Source: Utricularia gibba
Lineage: Eukaryota; Plantae; Magnoliophyta
Assembly: GCA_002189035.1 (NCBI GenBank)
Contig: NEEC01000015.1
Span: forward strand, 248,001-312,000
DNA length: 64,000 nucleotides
Reading direction: 5' to 3'
The position numbers and the translations under genes were made by a program. The notes under the pieces were generated by a model. The model was not told the DNA's origin, ran no database searches, and saw nothing but the letters and a program-made list of their open reading frames with translations. Shown in pieces: positions 60,521 through 64,000 of this stretch; the first letter of the stretch is position 1; every line of letters starts with the position of its first letter.

Positions 60521-63500
60521 ATGGCGGCGTCATCTTCACGGGGAAGAAGTAGCTCACCTTTTAGTCACCGGAAGCCTTCAAGTCCGTACTCTTCGATTTC
60601 GTCGTCGTCGTCTTTGATGAATGCGCGACTGATTCCGCGTTCACGCTCTGCGACGACGCCATTTTACGGTAGTGGAGCTCATGTCTCCAGATCCACAACG
60701 CCGAACAGAAATATAGGAGATTATTCTCGGAGTAGGACGCCGGTGAGTTACCCGTCAATGGAAGAGCATCTGATTGAAGAGAGGACGGACGGCCAATCGA
60801 GATCGGCAGATTGTATTTCCGTTACCATTAGATTTCGCCCGTTAAGGTTAACTGTAGATCTTGGCTGAATCGCTTTTTAGCTCTCATGCCTATAAAATGA
60901 TTTGAAGCGGAATTTGTGTAATTTGAGTCATTTGTTCATCGTGGTTTCAGTGAAAGAGAGTATGAGAGAGGAGATGAGATCGCGTGGTATCCAGATGGGG
61001 AGAAAATTGTTCGCAATGAGTACAATCCAGGAACGGCATATGCATTTGGTAAGCTTCTCAACTTTCTTTTATTTTTATTGCCCCATGATCTTACTCTGTA
61101 TGTCTACTTAGCAGTAAAATGTCATGGTAGCACTGTGGATGGAGTTCAAAACTTTAGGAGCTGAATTTCATTTGCCTCCCAATTTTGCACCATTTAGCCT
61201 TGTTCCCATAGTTTTGATATGGTATCTGATTTAAGTAGTTTGTAAGACCGGGGAGCTCAAATCGTTTCCTGTATCCAATTATAGATAGGGTTTTTGGACC
61301 AAATACAAGCACCGATGAAGTTTATCAAGCAGCTGCTCGGCCTGTAGTCAAGGCTGCCATGGAAGGCATAAATGGTATGAGCAGCTGATTTTCTTAATCC
61401 ATTTTCTTATGTCATATGGTTCATTTTCCTTTATATAGAATGTCTTGTGCTGGCTAAGCCATCAGTTAGATATCTATTAATCTTCTGGGATTAAATCTAG
61501 GCAACTTGGTATGCAGGAACTGTTTTTGCTTATGGTGTAACTAGTAGCGGAAAGACACACACAATGCATGTCAGTGTAATTTCACTGTTATGTGGTTCAG
61601 TAAATTATCACTTGCTGCATGTGCTTTGAAAAGTCCATGCCCTTATCTTGGTTCCGGTGTTTTCCTTTTTTTTTTTTATGATTTTTAGGGTGATCAAAGT
61701 TCTCCAGGAGTCATTCCCCTTGCTATAAAAGATGTTTTTAGCATCATCCAAGATGTAAGCTCCCTTTTATCTTTTTGACCATGGAGGTATTTTGTCTATC
61801 ATTTTATGTTGGTGGGTATACAAAAATAAGATCAATGCATCAGTGATGTTGGTGACTTTTTTTCAGACTCCAGGCCGTGAATTTCTACTCCGAGTTTCAT
61901 ACCTTGAAATCTACAATGAGGTTGGTGACTGTGGGTTTACAGTGATTTTGTGAAGTGTCTTGGATCTTGACAAGTCATTACATTGATCTCAGTAGTGTTT
62001 CAAAACATCGTTTTGTAGTGTTTTCTGTTTTCATGTACATATCCCTTCTACCTCCAGGTGATAAATGATTTGCTAGACCCCACTGGCCAGAATCTGCGTG
62101 TGAGAGAGGATGCACAGGTTATTTTCTACTTGCAATTTGTCTTGACATCTAGGCCGTTTTGATTCTGATTCCTATATGTCTACAGGGAACATACGTTGAA
62201 GGCATTAAGGAAGAAGTCGTTTTGTCCCCAGGGCATGCTCTATCATTTATTGCTTCAGGGGAAGGTAATATTTCATGAGTTTTGGTTCTTTCGTTCGTTC
62301 ATATAAATGTACTCACCGATCCCATAATAAAATAAAACTGAAGTTCTTTGATAGGTGACTGTTCTATGCATTTGCTCTACCATGTTTCATGACCTCTAAA
62401 GAATTTTGTAACAACCCTTGATCTTTGCAGAGCATCGGCATGTTGGATCAAATAATTTCAACCTATTCAGCAGCCGTAGCCATACCATATTCACTTTGGT
62501 ACGTAGAGCATGTTTTATATATTCACTGATAAATAACAGAGATGGGCATGGTGTGCTTTAGCTTAATTACCATATGCTTGAAATCAGTGGTCCTCATAAA
62601 AAATATTTCTTTCATCCTTTTAGCAGTTTTTATGTTGTTGATAAATGTTGGTTGGCTTCGCCATCTGGTGTGTTGCAATTTTTTTCCTCTTTAAAGGGTA
62701 TATGTGAAGGGATTGAAAAATAAAGTGAAGATTTTGAAATGAGTTTTATTTCGAATTCCATGATAAAGGCTCATTGGCATTGACATTGCATGCGTGTAAC
62801 GTGCTTTTGAGAGGTGAGATTTTGTTGAACCTTGAAATTGCCTTCACACAGGGAGTAATTGTTTTAAATGATGTATTCTTTTCGGTAAACTCATAGCCCT
62901 TGGTATTTTCAAGTTTGTTGGTTATCTTGACACATTCTCATTATCTTACTAAAATATCCTATACCACAACCTCCTTTCCTTTTGGAATAATTGCAATCGC
63001 AGCCTTGATTATTCTTGTTGTTTTTAGAGCCCTTCTGACATTTAAACTCGCTTGCTTTAGATGATAGAGAGTAGTGCACATGGGGATGATTATGATGGAG
63101 TGACGTTTTCACAACTGGTAATTATTATTATTATTTTCTCGTCATCTGGAATTGTTGGCAGTGATTGTTAGCAGAATTGCAGAACATAAATTTTTGGCTT
63201 ATACCAGCTCTCTGTATGCAGAACCTGATTGACTTAGCAGGATCCGAAAGTTCTAAAACTGAAACAATTGGCTTGAGAAGAAAGGAAGGATCATACATCA
63301 ATAAAAGTCTGCTGACGCTTGGCACTGTTAGTGATTTGAACATGCTCTGAATGCTCTGCGTTTATTTCCACTCTGCACACTTACGTGATTATATTTTATT
63401 TATATTGTATCCCACCCTCCTGTAACTTGTGAATTGTCTGATAATTAGGTTATTGGGAAGCTTAGTGAAGGAAAAGCATCCCACATTCCTTATCGGGATT

Positions 63501-63980
63501 CTAAACTTACACGGCTTTTGCAATCTTCTCTAAGCGGGCATGGTCATGTTTCGGTGAGCAATGAGAGCTCATCTTTCTCTTTGCACAGTTTGTTATTGAG
63601 TTGGCGACTGTCTGTTTGTTGTGTTGCACATATGACTTACCGAAGCAATATTCTTATCCTGTCAGCTTATTTGTACGATTACTCCAGCATCAAGCAACAT
63701 GGAGGAAACGCATAATACTTTAAAATTTGCCAACAGAGCAAAATGCGTGGAAATTTATGCATCACGCAATAGAGTGAGATTCTTTCAATTTTTAATTCAA
63801 GTGTTCAAAACTGTAAAAGGAGCTGCACTGAATGATACTCATTTCAGATAATTGACGAGAAATCATTGATCAAAAAGTATCAAAAGGAAATTTCATGCCT
63901 TAAAGCAGAGCTTGATCAACTCAAAAGGGGAATGCTTGCTGGTGCCAGCCAAGAGGAAATTATGGTCTTGAGGCAGCAGG
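60521..63980 (+). CDS. KIN7D: Kinesin-7 (CENP-E-like, KIN7D/KIN7M type), 5' partial: 14 exons in the window
   Basis: Ser/Arg-rich N-terminal extension, [11 protein letters not shown]-loop [83 protein letters not shown]. The gene continues beyond the window. Confidence 0.94.
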
Positions 63981-64000
63981 TTTGGCTCTCTTATTTTGAT

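Noticed and set aside
1-64000. CRISPR arrays, tRNA, rRNA, LTR/LINE/transposase ORFs
   Set aside because: No regularly spaced repeats, tRNA cloverleaf or T-loop signatures, rRNA motifs, or RT/integrase/transposase motifs were seen; the sequence is spliced plant nuclear DNA.

Overview
Gene-dense eudicot nuclear DNA: short GT-AG introns, AT-rich intergenic tracts, about one gene per 3.5 kb. No CRISPR, rRNA, tRNA or autonomous transposon was recognised. From manual splicing of both strands the genes are, left to right: secreted LRR protein (-), ZAT-type C2H2 zinc finger (-), EAF7 (-), ACR ACT-repeat protein (-), BIM bHLH (-), bHLH49/CIL1-like (-), DUF740/OCTOPUS-like (+), a foldback MITE-like repeat, an internally deleted PRP4 kinase pseudogene (-), RAD23 (-), a CRF-type AP2/ERF (+) with a spliced conserved-peptide uORF whose stop overlaps the main ATG, class II LBD (-), JAGGED (+), a NUDIX-like/metallo-beta-lactamase fold protein (+) with two alternative last exons, LRR-RLK (-), PP2C (-), LRK10L/WAK-associated RLK (-), an At4g38980-like protein (-), and a KIN7 kinesin (+, runs off the end). 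Gene order appears collinear with the Arabidopsis At1g68400-At1g69040 / At1g25370-At1g26610 blocks (IDs recalled, not searched), with many intervening genes absent. Caveat: six otherwise intact genes carry 1-bp indels, mostly -1 deletions in G/C homopolymers. These look like long-read consensus errors, so apparent frameshifts here should not be taken as biology without read evidence. No wholly new multi-gene system is supported. The best candidates for follow-up are the uORF-ATG overlap, the alternative tail exons, the PRP4K deletion and the JAG splice oddities.
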